Shown here: positions 11,617 to 25,707 of the stretch, in pieces
Numbering within the stretch: the stretch's first letter is position 1
Layout: each line of letters begins with the position of its first letter
Source: Eledone cirrhosa
Lineage: Eukaryota
Reading direction: 5' to 3'
Length of the DNA stretch: 64,000 nucleotides
NCBI GenBank assembly: GCA_964016885.1
Contig: OZ024747.1
Coordinates: 14,322,001-14,386,000, forward strand
Made by a program: the position numbers and the translations under genes
Notes under the pieces: model-generated
What the model was told of the DNA's origin: nothing
What the model saw: the letters and a program-made list of their open reading frames with translations, nothing else
Database searches by the model: none

Positions 11617-12984
11617 GTCTTTCTCTCCCAAACAGACATGTATACACACATGCGCATACACATAAACACAAATGAATATATCCAAATCTGTGTACTAACA
11701 TGCAAAAATATATATAGATATATACATATATACATAACAGCCGTTTTATGCTGGTTCAATAAAGTTTGTAGTTGGTGTGCCTTCAGGAGAAGAAATTGCT
11801 AATATTACAGTCGAAAAACCTTTGTGAAATTTATCAAATATCACATATTCCCGACACTGGTTATTTAATGAACCCAGGGCCGGGGCCACGCACGAAGTGA
11901 ACTAGGGGATTGCTTAGGGCGCTAAAATCTAGAGGCGTCTCACAAACACTGAACAACTCAGACAAAATTTCTTCGTCCAACTAAAATGACGAAACTTTAG
12001 TAATAAAGAGAGCAGGGGAAGATGCTTCCGGAAAATGGGGAAATGGAGAGCAAGTTGGTATGCGGGAGACGAAAGTGTCATGTGGTGTTATGACCTGTCA
12101 CAGGATGTGATACGAACATTTGAAATTTTGTAAAGATAACATGTACTTGGTGATATACATGGGCACGAGCCTGTATTTACGTTGTTGCAGGTGTTTATGT
12201 CCATTAACGTAAGAGTTATTAGCCTTTCTAATCCCTGTCAAGTACCTGTTATTTCCCTTTAACAGTTATATTAATTTTATAATTCTCTAAATAGCGTAAC
12301 AGTTATTTTTTTCATATTATTAAATCTAATTCGGTAGCGAGTCATATTCAAATGTGACCTCCAGTGGCCTGAATCTTGCCCTCTAGCGCTTGACCTTTCA
12401 GCGTATATTTTTATACATTTTATTTTCTGCTTGCTTTTACTTCCGAAGAGGTTTTGCTCCTTACTTTGCAACATTTTTACACAATTTCATGATATCTTCT
12501 TGAATTTTAAATATTTATAAAGCAAGGTGATTTTCGTGGCAGAAAAACAGTCACCTATGCCTGCCAGTGTCCCCTCTTCACGCCACTGATGATGTCCAAG
12601 GGAAAGGCAGCTTGGCACTAATGACGTCACAACCTGACTGAGTGAAATGAAATGTCTTGCTCAAGAACACAACGCTCAAACCATTATGACACGCACCATC
12701 ACGTTGTGTCCCGAGGAAGACAATCTATTTCACTCTGCTGGAAGAATGAGTTGTGACGCCAATATGTATTCGGTCTTTACATATAAATATGACGAAGTGA
12801 GAGTATATTTGAATTTATAGAAAAATGATAAAACTCATCGCTAGAACAACTGTTAAAACAGTTAGAGGTTATCAGTGACAGCGATGCGCAAACATTCCTC
12901 AGTGTACAGAGACCAGCGCCCAGTGGTCGGCAGAGAGACAATCTGAAGAGATGTCAAAATGAATGGACCTGTTATTTTTATCTA

Positions 12985-13165
12985 AAGACTTTTTTCCAAT
13001 TCCACCCCGCCCGTCCCTTCAATCTATCGTATTTCTCATTCTTTATTCCGATGAAGGACTAGCGTCCGAAATGTTAAGACCCTCTTCCTGCTATTTCAAG
13101 CGTTAACCTAATATATTCATTCCATATACTGTACTGATTGTGCTGTTATTTATGTTTAGCCTTTA
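12985..13165 (+). mobile_element. PLE 3' pseudo-LTR fragment with degenerate hammerhead (CCGATGA-A GGAC TAGC GTCC-GAAA at 13048-13071)
   Basis: 13097-13165 matches 14969-15036, the tail downstream of a GIY-YIG ORF. The core carries a U4-to-C change. Confidence 0.7.
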
Positions 13166-13178
13166 TATACATACACAC

Positions 13179-13286
<108 letters not shown>

Positions 13287-13720
13287 AAATAAATATTCTG
13301 CTTCGGATAAATAAATAAAATCTATTATTTGTACTAGCAGAAAAACAACCTTTCGGATGGTTTTCTGCTAGCATGTGTAGCGTGTATATTGATATTATAC
13401 GCAAGTATATATACATGTATATGATACGTCAAATTAAATCGTAATTGACAATATACACAGAAATTGAACGAAGACTGCGTTACACTGTCTTATGTAATCA
13501 GTAACGTAATCGATAATACATTAAAAAAAAAAGACGATATTATATATAAACTGCATTAGGAGAAAATTAATATGTTTATTTAAGCGATTGCCACCGGAAG
13601 TGTTGACATTTGAAAATTCTAAAGAAGTGAAATCTTTAAATAAATAATAAAATATATTTAATGAACAGTCACGAAATTTAGTAGATAAATTATGTAATAT
13701 TCATTAATTATTTATTCAAA

Positions 13721-13765
13721 GTAATGCACTGGGTAATTGCTGGCCTTGTGCCAAAAGTAGAAACA
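13721..13765 (+). mobile_element. 5'-truncated SINE 3' end
   Basis: TAATGCACTGGGTAATTGCTGGCCTTGTGCCAAAAGTAGAAACA flanked by near-duplicated AATTATTT(T)ATTCAAA. Confidence 0.75.
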
Positions 13766-13915
13766 ATTATTTATTCAAATTAATCCAACTTATTTTACTA
13801 ATGGGATAAACAATTATAAACCGTACACAGTCCGCGCTTCTTACTTTATTATAGTTTAGATTGAATGGAATTTTTTTGCCCCTCCTCCTTTGCAAGGACG
13901 CTTATTCATACATAT

Positions 13916-14077
13916 ACGGCTGAGCTCCGGCCGATTCAACAGCTAGATCCGAACGGAGCTGTTGAAACGGCCGGAACTCAGCCGTCGGGGTCCTGATTTT
14001 TCATATTACCCACTCTACTATCCCAAGTATCGAGTACTCTGGTGAGTAATGGTTTAACTAGTTTTTACCGCTTCCAT

Positions 14078-14082
<5 letters not shown>
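13916..14082 (+). mobile_element. PLE pseudo-LTR 3' end with short foldback (13916-13985) over hammerhead GAAA-stem III-GUC
   Basis: Homologous to the reverse complement of 18100-18215. Ends in (TA)n. Confidence 0.7.
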
Positions 14083-14161
<79 letters not shown>

Positions 14162-14264
14162 ATATATATATAGTGGTGGAACACTGGAAGGTAATATCCG
14201 TAGTGGTAGAGCACTCAGTCCATGGGACGAGTTAGGTAGAAGTGGTTACACAACAGTTAGTTCA

Positions 14265-14314
14265 CCATACCGAGAACAATTGTTTCACCTTAGCGGATCC
14301 TCAGCTCGGAATGG
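14265..14314 (-). ncRNA. Type I hammerhead motif, mirror copy in the left palindrome arm
   Basis: Reverse complement of 14488-14537. Confidence 0.75.
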
Positions 14315-14487
14315 ACATGGTTATAGGAACAGGAAGGACAACCGTAAGAACGCGCATGCGCAGAAACCCGGTCACTTCACACAGGCAATACTAGACTGCG
14401 TGCGAGTCTAGTATTGCCTGTGTGAAGTGAACGGGTTTCTGCGCATGCGCGTTCGTACGGTTGTCCTTCCTGTTCCTATAACCATGT

Positions 14488-14537
14488 CCATTCCGAGCTG
14501 AGGATCCGCTAAGGTGAAACAATTGTTCTCGGTATGG
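14488..14537 (+). ncRNA. Minimal type I hammerhead ribozyme motif
   Basis: CCAUUCCGAG-CUGAGGA-UCCGCUAAGGU-GAA-ACAAUUGU-U-CUCGGUAUGG. Stem I pairs 9/10, palindromic stem III, GUU triplet. Confidence 0.75.
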
Positions 14538-14642
14538 TGAACTAACTGTTGTGTAACCACTTCTACCTAACTCGTCCCATGGACTGAGTGCTCTACCACT
14601 ACGGATATTACCTTCTAGTGTTCCACCACTATATATATATAT

Positions 14643-15037
14643 ATGGCGGACCGTTTTGCTGAGCATTTGAGGGACATACGACTCGGTTTGGATACTCCTG
14701 TCGCCCGTCATTTCTGTTCTCCTGGTCATTCTTCCCAACATGTTACAGTCCTGGGTGTCCTTTTACATCATGGATCACAGGCTTCGCGCACCAGGACTGA
14801 ACAAAGTCTGATTCACCGCGTTGGGTCCTATTCCCCTCTTGGACTCAACACACCTCCCCAATTTCTGTAATACCCCGTCCATTATCACCCGCACTTGTAC
14901 ATTTACCCCTGGATTCCTATCGCTCTCTCTTGATCATTAACATCTTCTCTTACAACTAATACAGACATCAAGCGTTAACCTAATATATCCCTTCCATATA
15001 CTGTACTGATTGTGTTGTTATTTCTGTTTACCTTTTA
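14643..15037 (+). mobile_element. 5'-truncated Penelope-like element: C-terminal part of GIY-YIG endonuclease plus 3' tail
   Basis: ORF 14643-14870 DRFAEHLRDIR..PVARHF...H....R...E..LI......PLGLN is the typical PLE endonuclease C-terminus. Confidence 0.85.
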
Positions 15038-15060
15038 CACACACACACACACACATACAT

Positions 15061-15099
<39 letters not shown>

Positions 15100-17224
15100 C
15101 ATTAGGTATTCTTAGATATTCAACCTAATTTAATACCTAATATCTGACTCTGTATCTAACGAATTAACTCAGCGAGACACGACATTTTTCTATGGATTTC
15201 ACTGGATTACTCGCCATCAGATTACATCAGGGTTCTATCTACGCTACGGTCCCCACCACGAAGGGTAGACCACACCGAAGAAAAAAATATATATATACCT
15301 GTATATGTGTGTATATATTCATTACTGCCTTGTTCACCCAGCCTCCCCAATACCAATCAATAACCAGTGAATTTATTTATACGAAGTAGATAGGATGATG
15401 GTGACAAATTTCATCTCATTTTTGCTTACAGCTTGTATTACCAAAATGAATACTTCCCTCCCGCTTTCTCTACCTTCTCCCTCTCTAATTTCTCCTTCTT
15501 CAACATTCCCTTACTCTGTTTCTCTATCCCTCTTTCTCATAACCTTCCTTTAACATGGGGTTCAATACTCAAATATAATTTTACAATTCTAATGCGTGAT
15601 GGTTGTATCTGGAATCGATTTCATCATATAACTGGCTTGACTTTAGAATTAACTGATTATAGATTGATTTCAAAACTAAACTAAAAATGAAAACTGCGAG
15701 GAGAATTTTCGTTTACATTAACTAATTAATTAATTTATTTATGCATTTTCTCACCAGCGCCCTGTAATCTTTTATGCGGTTGTTCGAAGCAAAGAGGGAG
15801 CTACCAGCCATCGGGAGAGGGTCTCTATACAGTCTATTGAACTGCTAGAAATAATAGCTAAATATCGCTCAAATCCCATTATGTGAACGATACAGTGGAC
15901 AAAGATTTCTTCGATATATTAAACAATAACAACAAGCAATATAGTTCTGATTGGAATGTCTTTAATCATAGATGTGTTCATTCACAGAAAGCCTGGGGCT
16001 AAACAACAACAACAACCCAACCGAACCACTCTACACCACACTCCACTCTAAAAGTGTCCCCCCCGCTAATAGCCATTTTGCCATTGTGTTACCAAATTCT
16101 CTACCATTCTTTTTACCTGCTGTGTTCCCTTTCCCTTTCCTATTCAATCTCAATATCTGCACATAACATACTTACGTACTTACCTTCTCTTTCACTCAAT
16201 TTTCAATTCTATATTTTTGCTATATTGTTCGTTCTTCTTTCCTTATCTGTTCCTGTCTTTATCTTACTACGCATTACTAAAGGCGGCGAATTGACAGAGT
16301 GGTTAGAGTGTTATGTAGAATTCCTTGTAGAATCTATCAAGCTCTTCCCCAGCCATCAGAGTTCACTATCGCAGACCTCTGCTTTGCCTTTCACAAATAA
16401 ATATATCTATATATGATTAAGTCAATAAAGTTAAGTAAATTGGATAAAGTATAGTAATTCATACTATTCTAAAAACCATCACTAAGTAGAAACCACTCTC
16501 CCCCTACGGGCATCTGACGCTGCACCCCAGGTCTGAACACGGAAGAGCCAAACTCCCACTGTCATTTAGTAATCTAGGTAAATGCTGTGGCAGTTTGATA
16601 ATTTCACTTCAGCATCCAAGTGGGATGAAACAGAACTAGTTCTGTAAATATAGAATTGATAAATTGAAGAGCCGAACTTCCACTGTCATCGCCTCCATCT
16701 CTCTCGCCCTCCCCATCTCTCTGTATTATGAGCAAATGGGGTCCTACGTACTGGCCTCCCCACGGCCCCGGCGGACAGAATGGAGAAGGCGAAAAGGGCC
16801 TGTAATTCCTGATGAAGTTGTAGGGACGCCGTTGTGACATACGTGGTAACTTGGGTACATTAATCTTGTTGGAGCCCATCCCCTATCCAGGTCTAAAAAA
16901 CAGCCGATCTCTTCCAGAGAAAGAGAGTGATATTGAGAAAGATCTATATAGAGAGAAAAATCGAACCGATCCTCGTATTGCAAAAATCCATTGAATCAAA
17001 CCTGACTTGAGGCTACACAGCCACCTTAACAACAACAACAACAGCAACAACACCACCAACAACAATATTAATTGCATCAGCAACAGCAACAACTACAAGA
17101 GTACGTCTTACGTACTCGTTGGACCTATTCTGTTAGAAAGATCTGTCAACAGCAACAGTAGCAACAACAACAACAACAATAACAGTAATAACAACACCAA
17201 GCATGAGATGACTTTTCACTGAAT

Positions 17225-17307
17225 TATTAGGTCATCGAGTATGAAATTTGTAGAAATTCGTAAAAATAAAACAAATTTCTATAAATTTCATACTTGACCA
17301 CCCAATA
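17225..17307. mobile_element. ~80-bp hairpin MITE, Tc1/mariner-like with TA-bounded ends
   Basis: AGTATGAAATTTGTAGAAATT and AATTTCTATAAATTTCATACT arms. Second copy at 59964-60046. Confidence 0.7.
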
Positions 17308-17779
17308 ATTTGAAATATCAACCAACCGTCTTCTTCAAATCTTACTCAAATAACGTTTTACAATTTTAAAACGTGATGGTCGTATCTGGAATAGATTTGA
17401 TCATATAACAACACAATCATAGATTACTTGAGGCTAAACAACAACTACAACAACACGACCAATAACAGCAAAGGAGAATGGCTTTTCAATGAATTAATTC
17501 ATTTTGGCATATGTATTATAATAGCTCACCAGTCGAAGTAGAGTAGCTACAAGCAATGTTAATTGTCAAATGGTGGACACCAACTGTTCACGATGAATTC
17601 TTAAAAGCCCTATAATAATTCACCACCTACCGATAGTCATTCTCAATCTTATTCCATTAACTCGTCTTGAATGTGGCGTGATGGTGTGTAGTAGTAGTAT
17701 CAGTAGCAGCAACAACAGTGTTTGTAGCAATAGCATTGTTATATTTGGAAATGGTCATTTATATATATATATATATATG

Positions 17780-17853
<74 letters not shown>

Positions 17854-17994
17854 ATTCTCCTCAAACACATACATACATACATATACATACATATATATAT
17901 TTATTTCTATAGATACAACACATACACACACATATATACATATATTATATATATATTATGTGTGTATATATATATATTTATCTATCTATATATC

Positions 17995-18041
<47 letters not shown>

Positions 18042-18094
18042 GTATGTGTGTGTGTATTAAGTATATAGAAATATATATATTTATATATATAACA

Positions 18095-20602
18095 AAGGAA
18101 TTGTGGTAAGGGACCAGATGGACCATAACGCACCAGAGTACTCAATACTTAGGGTAGGAGAGTGGGAAATAGGAAAAAGTATGATCCCGACGGCAGAGCT
18201 CAAGCCGTTTCGGCGGCTATTTCTGGACTAAATTAGAATTCTTAGCCTGGTGAATAAATAGCCGAACTTGTCAAGGGTGTACTTCCTTATATGGGAAGAT
18301 TGTAGTTGTCAAGAGGATTGGTTAAAATTTGTTGTAAACACAAATAAGTCTATCATGGCATTTGGAGGGAGGTAGGGGTGGCTGAACTTGCCTGTATAAC
18401 AATAGGGGAGTGAGTGGAGCGGTCAAGCGTTGAAAGCGATATGTATACAGCAGATTCTAAGGATAGTGTATGAAATGGAGAAGGGAGGTTATAGAATAGG
18501 TAAATCGAATGAGAGTGGGAGACTATAAAAGATAATAGAAAGAAATAACAAAATTTCACACCCATCACTGACCAGGAAAGAAATATCATTCCCCACGCCA
18601 GGAAGACAGTCCTACTTTTCGACAACTCCAAGTGGATAAAGAGAGCTCCCGACTCCCCCTTCGACGTCAGTATGGGCGCAACAGATTCGGCTGAGGTCAC
18701 AGATCTTATAGGATTATTCCTACTATTTAAACTCGCCGAAATGTTTCCTGCATTCGGCAGTGGATTGTAACACAGGATGATGGGCTCCTCACCCGAAAAG
18801 GGTACAGCCCCAATAGTACAGACCGGGTCCGTACTTCTTCCGGGACTGGGAATTTAAAATCACCCTACTAACGTCCCTAACCCGAGTCAATTTCCTGGAC
18901 GTTACATTTAATCTCGAAAATGATTTGTACTACCCATACAGGAAACCAAACGACAACCTGCACTACATCCACCGCCGCTCTACCCATCCTAGAAACATCA
19001 CCAATAACCTGGTTAAAAACATCTCCCTCCGCATATCTTGTTTGTCCGCTAATGTGCAGATATTCGACGAACACGCGCCGCATTACAACCAGGCCCTGAA
19101 GTGGAGTGGCTTCCGGGAAGAAATATCCTTTTATCCAGCTTCCATTAGCGGAACCAGCAGGCGATACTGCCGCTCACGCAACGTAACGTGGTTCAATCCT
19201 CCCCATAATGCCGAGGTGGCAACACCTATCGGGAAAATCTTCTTATAGACTCCTCGAAAAACACTTCCCACTATAACACCGCTACCACAACATAATCAAC
19301 AAAAACACCATAAAACCTTCCTACAGCACCACACCTAACTTTTCACAAAACATCATCTCCTTAAACAACAAAAAACTCGCCCCATATGGAAGAAATAACA
19401 TAGACATCAGTGGAGAGCCGACCAGGAGGTGTAACTGCCCTGATAGATCTACGTTCCCCCTCAACAACAAATGCCGAGAACATAACGTGATCTACCAGTG
19501 CAACGTGAGGACGGACACCTCCAACAAAGCTTATATAGGATTAACCGCGTGTGACTTCAAGACCCGGCTCCACCAACACAGACATACTTTCCTAAACCCT
19601 GTCCGGCGATATGCCACTACACTTTCGGGCCACATCTGGGACCTCCAAGATAATAATATAACCTACAATCTCACTTGGAGCTTACTGTCCAGAATTAACT
19701 CTTACACGGGAGGACGCCGTCCGTGTAACTTCTGCTCGGAGGAAACATTACAAATGCTGTTTTCGAAGGACCAACTCCTAAACAAGAAAGACGAACTGGT
19801 AACCGCATGCAAACACAGATTGCGTAGGACTTACCTCGCCCTCAAACCCCATAACGACCCGGGTGGGTAGACAAGGGCTGATAACCCCCCCCCACTTGCC
19901 GAATATAGTTAGAGGAAACCCCAGATTACATAGGTAGAGGCATCTCTTTTCTTTTCCTCTTTGTCTTCTTCCCCCTGTCTCATCCTATCACTTACTTCCA
20001 CCCCCTATTTTCTTCATCGTCTGCTTTTCCCCTTTCGCCTACCCCGATGCAACCCATCGGGCCTCTGTAGCATCAGTTCCCCTACCCCTGTAGTTCTAAG
20101 ATAGAATTGGCCGAATACGTTTTATTAACTACTTATAGCAGATGTGTTAAACCCCTTTTATTTTGTTTCAGTTTTGTTACTACTCAATTTCTACAAGTTT
20201 TTTTCACTTCTCAATTTTTAACCTGTCATTGTAAGATAGCATTGTGATTTTTTTTATTCATTTCTCACTATCTAATTTTATATATTTTTTTTATTTCTTT
20301 CTATTATCTTTTATAGTCTCCCACTCTCATTCAATTTACCTATCCTATAACCTCCCTTCTCCACTTCATACACTGTCCTTAGAATCTATTGTATACATAT
20401 TACTTTCAACGCTTGACCGCTCCACTCACTTCCCTATTGTTCTATAGGCAAGTTCAGCACCCCCCCCCCCTACCTCCCTCCAAATGCCATGATAGACTTA
20501 TTTGTGTTTACAACAAATGTTAACCAATCCTCTTGACAACTACAATCTTCCCATATAAGGAAGTACCCCCTTGACAAGTTCGGCTATTTATTCACCAGGC
20601 TA
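18095..20602 (+). mobile_element. Penelope-like element (Naiad-like), 5'-truncated, with upstream inverted pseudo-LTR
   Basis: 18244-18553 is an inverted copy of 20284-20602. Broken coding region between the two. Confidence 0.9.
18555..19870 (+). pseudogene. Frameshifted PLE RT C-terminal half plus GIY-YIG endonuclease
   Basis: FDVSMGATDSAEVTDLIGLFLL, disrupted GLYRDDG, VNFLDVTFNL, PYRKPND..YIH..S.HP, VTWFNPP, CNC..PL..C..VIY..YIG, C..C..E..LLNKKDEL...CKH. Confidence 0.9.
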
Positions 20603-20733
20603 TGACCATCGTGTATGACCATTTTAACTTATGTTTATAGCTCTGGTATTTTCTTCATATCCAAGGAGCGCTTGTCTGCGCAATGTGGAAGTTGCGTTTC
20701 GCTAATTTCTACCCGCCGAAATGCGATTCTCGC

Positions 20734-20812
<79 letters not shown>

Positions 20813-21041
20813 TTATATATATATAAATAAAAAAATAAAAAATATATATAGAGATAAATATGTGTGTGTACGTGCGTTATGTATTTGTTTTGCAAGATTC
20901 TTTATGTGAAATCGTGTGTGAAACCGGTATTATTATACCTGGAAATGGTCATGTAGCCAGTATTGTGAATAAAAAGAAACACGTACCATGTGATTCTCAC
21001 TTTTTCACCGTCTCTTTATTATTATGTATTCGTTACTTCGC

Positions 21042-21208
21042 TAGAGGGTTGGACGCCATGCTTTGCAGCAAAGAGTTACAGCCCTTTATGGTCTGAGTTC
21101 ATATACCACCGAGGTTAACTTTACCTTTCATACTTACGGGGTCGATAAAATAATGTACCAGTAATACACTGGGATAACTACTGGCCTTGTGCCAAAAGTA
21201 GAAGCAAT
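21042..21208 (+). mobile_element. tRNA-derived SINE, slightly 5'-truncated
   Basis: Family match. TSD TATTCGTTACTTC at 21027-21039 and 21213-21225. Confidence 0.88.
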
Positions 21209-21548
21209 TATTTATTCGTTACTTCATCAAAATTCTTTCGTCACTGATTCTGTGACCTCCTCAATGTCAAGCTGTTCTCGTTTGTGCCTTCTCTTCTTTC
21301 TGGGCTTAATCTGTTGCTCAATCTTGTCACGTATCCGCATGCACACACACACACACATATATATATACACACATACACAAACACACACACACGCATATAT
21401 GTATATGTATACACACACACACATATATATATATTTATATATATTTATATATATGTGTATATATGTATATATATATCAATATATGTATATATATCAATAT
21501 ATGTATATATGTATCAATATATGTAAAAGGACGGTGCATAAATACATA

Positions 21549-21636
<88 letters not shown>

Positions 21637-22823
21637 GAGTAAAAATAACCAGGATTACACACATGCACACATCATATATCTGTGCGAGTGAGTGTATTTG
21701 TGTACATGCATGCTTATGTGTGTGTGTGAGTGTGTAAGAGTGTGTATGTTTGTCTGTGAGTGTGTGTGCTCGACTGTTTGTGCGTGTGGTAGGATTTCCT
21801 TGTGTTAATTTTGCATGTCGAGTTAAATAACTTATATATCTATCTTGTTTGGTCTTCGTGTAAGAGAACATTGGTGTTCAACTAATTTCTATAACTGAGA
21901 TAATGTCTTTTTGAGAATATTTTTACTTGTCTTCTTCAATCGTTTATGATAACATACATAGTTGCTTTTTACCTTCTCAGATAATTGAATGTCGGCTTTA
22001 GTTTACCACTTTTGCTTCATTTTTGAAATTCTGCAAAAGTATATAGTGAAAAGCGAAAAAGTATAGACATGTATTCGATATGAATTTATCACAGAAATTG
22101 GTAAAGTTAAACACATTGAATTTAATTGTAGTTATTTACAAATAAGAAATAAAGTTAAATGATTTCATATTCTGCAGAGATTTTCAAGTAACAAAAATGA
22201 ATTCTAAATATCATTTTGAAATTACATTTTCCGATAATTGTGAAGACATGAATATTTAACTTCAATTGTAACAAACGTAGAATTTAACACATATGTGTGT
22301 GGATATAATACTATTTTAGTTTTGAAAATTTCTGCGTGACCCGAACTACAAATTCTTTTGCTTTCGATGCTGACAAAAATGGTTCCTTTCAAACTTCTGA
22401 ATTAGAGTTGAAATATCGTAAAGCTATTCGATTTAATAATATATATTCATGTGTATATTTCTTTATTCATTATTAACATTTCAAATCTTTATTCTTAACA
22501 CTTTTTTAGCTCATAAAATAGCATTCCTACATCTATACCAACATCTTGTTCTCACACGTATACATTCTTTTAACATATACATCTCTGTAACTACCATATA
22601 AAAAACATTTTATAAAGCAGCATAAAAGATCTTTCTGATGCTCAGACACTGTGCATAATTTAACCTCTACATTGCCTACTTAAAAGGCAATAATAACAGA
22701 ATAAATCGCACGGTAAAATATGGTTCTAAAGATGTAAGGTTTCTTCTTCTTCTTCTTCTTCTTCTTCTTCTTCTTCTTCTTTTATGACTTTCATAGCAAA
22801 AGAGGGAGATAGAAGGAGAAAGA

Positions 22824-22893
<70 letters not shown>

Positions 22894-22938
22894 CGTAGTG
22901 ACGTAGTGTGCAAGAGAGATATATATAGTTAGATAGAG

Positions 22939-22972
<34 letters not shown>

Positions 22973-23185
22973 GGGGAGCAAGCAATAAAGAGGGAGATTA
23001 AGTAAGAGAGAGAGATAGTAAGCAATTAACCGGGGGGGGGGAGCGAAAATGCAGAAGAGAGAGATAAAATATATATAGAGAGAGAGAGAAAGGAGGGAGA
23101 AAGAGAGAGAAAGTGGGAGAGAGTGGAGGAGAGAGATGGAAAGAAAGAGAGAGAGAATGAGGGAGTGAGAGAGAGAACGAGAGAG

Positions 23186-23265
<80 letters not shown>

Positions 23266-23424
23266 AGCGATAAAGAAAGACACATGACGTCAGCGGAAGC
23301 AACAACACCTTAGGCTGTTTAAATTTACATTTTCGACATTTCTCTCCAAAAGTTGACGGGTTGCTTTAATCTTTAATCCTCTGATCTTCTTGTTGTTATT
23401 GTTGCTGTCGCTGGTAATAACATT

Positions 23425-23950
23425 GATGTTTGTGGTGGGGCTGATGTTGCTTGTGGCGGTGGTGATGTTGCTTGTGGTGGGTGATGATGCTTGTGGCGGT
23501 GGTGATGTTGCTTGTAGTGGGTGATGATGCTTGTGGCGGTGGTGATGTTGCTTTTGGTGGGGGATGATGCTGGTGGCGGTGGTGATGTTGCTTGTGGTGG
23601 GGATGCTGCTGATGGCGGTGGTGATGTTGCTTGTGGTGGGGGATAATGCTTGTGGCGGTGGTGATGTTGCTTGTGGCGGTGGTGATGTTGCTTGTGGCGG
23701 TGGTGATGTTGCTTGTGGTGGGGGATGATGCTTGTGGCGGTGGTGATGTTGCTTATGGTGGTGATGATGCTTGTGGCGGTGGTGATGTTGCTTGTGGTGG
23801 GTGATGATGCTTGTGGCGGTGGTGATGTTGCTTATGGTGGTGATGAAGCTTGTGGCGGTGATGATGTTGCTTATGGCAGTGATGATGCTTGTGGTGGTGA
23901 TGGTGGTGGTCATGAAGGTGATGCTGGTGGTGTTGTTGGTGATGATGTTA
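23425..23950. repeat. Degenerate ~21-bp minisatellite (GCTTGTGGCGGTGGTGATGTT and variants)
   Basis: Direct periodicity, alternating GGCGGT and GGTGGG variants. Confidence 0.85.
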
Positions 23951-24277
23951 GTGTCGAAGAAGGAGATCATATAGTTTCCTGTGTTTTTTTATATATCTCC
24001 GCCTACTTTTCCTACCCTTCTTCCATACCCCCACCCACCGCGACCCTTCCTTGTCAACCATGTCGACCTTACACCCCTCCCCCATAATGGCGACCACAGC
24101 AAAAGTCGTTGCCGTCGCCACCACTACGAAAAACACCATCGTCGGCACCACCGCCAAAACCTCCACCGTCACCACCACCCTTACTTGACATCACATTCTT
24201 CTTTTTCATTCTTTTCTTCCTCGTGAACCCCGACGCAGTAAAACAAAAAAAATGTGAAATGAATATATATATACATT

Positions 24278-24386
<109 letters not shown>

Positions 24387-24423
24387 TATATGTATATACA
24401 TATATATATGTATATACTATATG

Positions 24424-24495
<72 letters not shown>

Positions 24496-24496
24496 C

Positions 24497-24528
<32 letters not shown>

Positions 24529-24536
24529 GTATATAC

Positions 24537-24584
<48 letters not shown>

Positions 24585-24585
24585 G

Positions 24586-24632
<47 letters not shown>

Positions 24633-24640
24633 GTATATAC

Positions 24641-24675
<35 letters not shown>

Positions 24676-24715
24676 TATGTATATGTATGTATGCATATAT
24701 ATATATATATGTATA

Positions 24716-24753
<38 letters not shown>

Positions 24754-25122
24754 TATGATAATAATAGTATTAATACGACCGTTTTGATTGGATAGAAGGA
24801 AATGGAAGATAGGTTGTAATTGGAGCGTCTAAATTTCTTAGCTTGTGGCAATATTTTAGGGGCGGAAAGTTGGGGGAAATAAACATAGATCAGAGTTCAA
24901 AAGTAAAAGTCCCAGGAACGTATGCTTCCTCCACACCCAGACACTTTATTTCAATCCTGCCGTGTTATGTTATGTATGGTACCATGCCTGTTTTGTTAGG
25001 AAATCTGAGCTATGGGGATCACTGCGCCTGTCAGTAGTATCAGTTTAGGGAAAACAAAACTGAGCTATTTGCTGTAAGGGATGCTAGGAGAGGATTATAA
25101 AATATCCCGGAAGGAAAGTGAA

Positions 25123-25402
25123 AACAACAACAATAATAACAACACCAACAACAATACTAACAACAACGACAACAACGCCATGAACCCAAACAAAAACAAC
25201 AATAACAATAACAACAACAGCAACGAAACCAACAACAACAACGATGTCACGAACACAAACAAAAACAACAACAACACCAACGACAATAACAACGCCATGA
25301 ACAAAAGCAACAACAACAATAACAACAAGAACGGCAACACCAACAACAACAATGCCATGAACACAAACAAGAACAACAGCAACGATAACAACAATAACAA
25401 TG
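25123..25402. repeat. (AAC)n-rich tract with recurring CCATGAAC/TCACGAAC motif
   Basis: Four AACGCCATGAAC-like motifs spaced roughly 50-70 bp apart. Confidence 0.7.
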
Positions 25403-25707
25403 GTATTAAATATACACCACCGAAACTAGACCCTCACCCCCCCAAAAAAAAATAAGAAAAGAAATCGGATGAAAACAATGGCAGATCTGTTGACAAAAAA
25501 GGAAAAAAAAAAAAAACTAATATAAATATGGCCTCAAGAAACGAAACCAAATTCCGTTAAGAGATATTGTAGAAAGTAAAAAAAGCAGAGAAGAAAACAT
25601 AATGTAAGCAGCAATTGAAAGCAATCTCTTCGTTTACTTAATAAACATAACAGAACTTATAACAGAGAGCAGCATTAATAGACTGTTGCCTGTGTATGAG
25701 ATTCTTA

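Larger units (their letters stand above)
14172..14630. mobile_element. Near-perfect ~459-bp palindrome embedded in (TA)n
   Basis: Arms 14172-14397 and 14405-14630, 7-nt loop GCGTGCG, about 3 mismatches. TA repeats on both sides. Confidence 0.95.

Noticed and set aside
13334-13371. Helitron 3' end (CTAG-bounded hairpin)
   Set aside because: Short palindrome only. No matching 5' TC end or second copy in the window.
19871-20602. SECIS element in the Naiad-like PLE 3' UTR
   Set aside because: No AUGA-stem-AA-GA geometry found, and no in-frame TGA at conserved Cys positions.
23290-24226. His/Pro/Thr-rich ORFs resembling extensin or mucin
   Set aside because: Product of an indel-ridden 21-bp minisatellite. 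Frame not maintained and no splice support.
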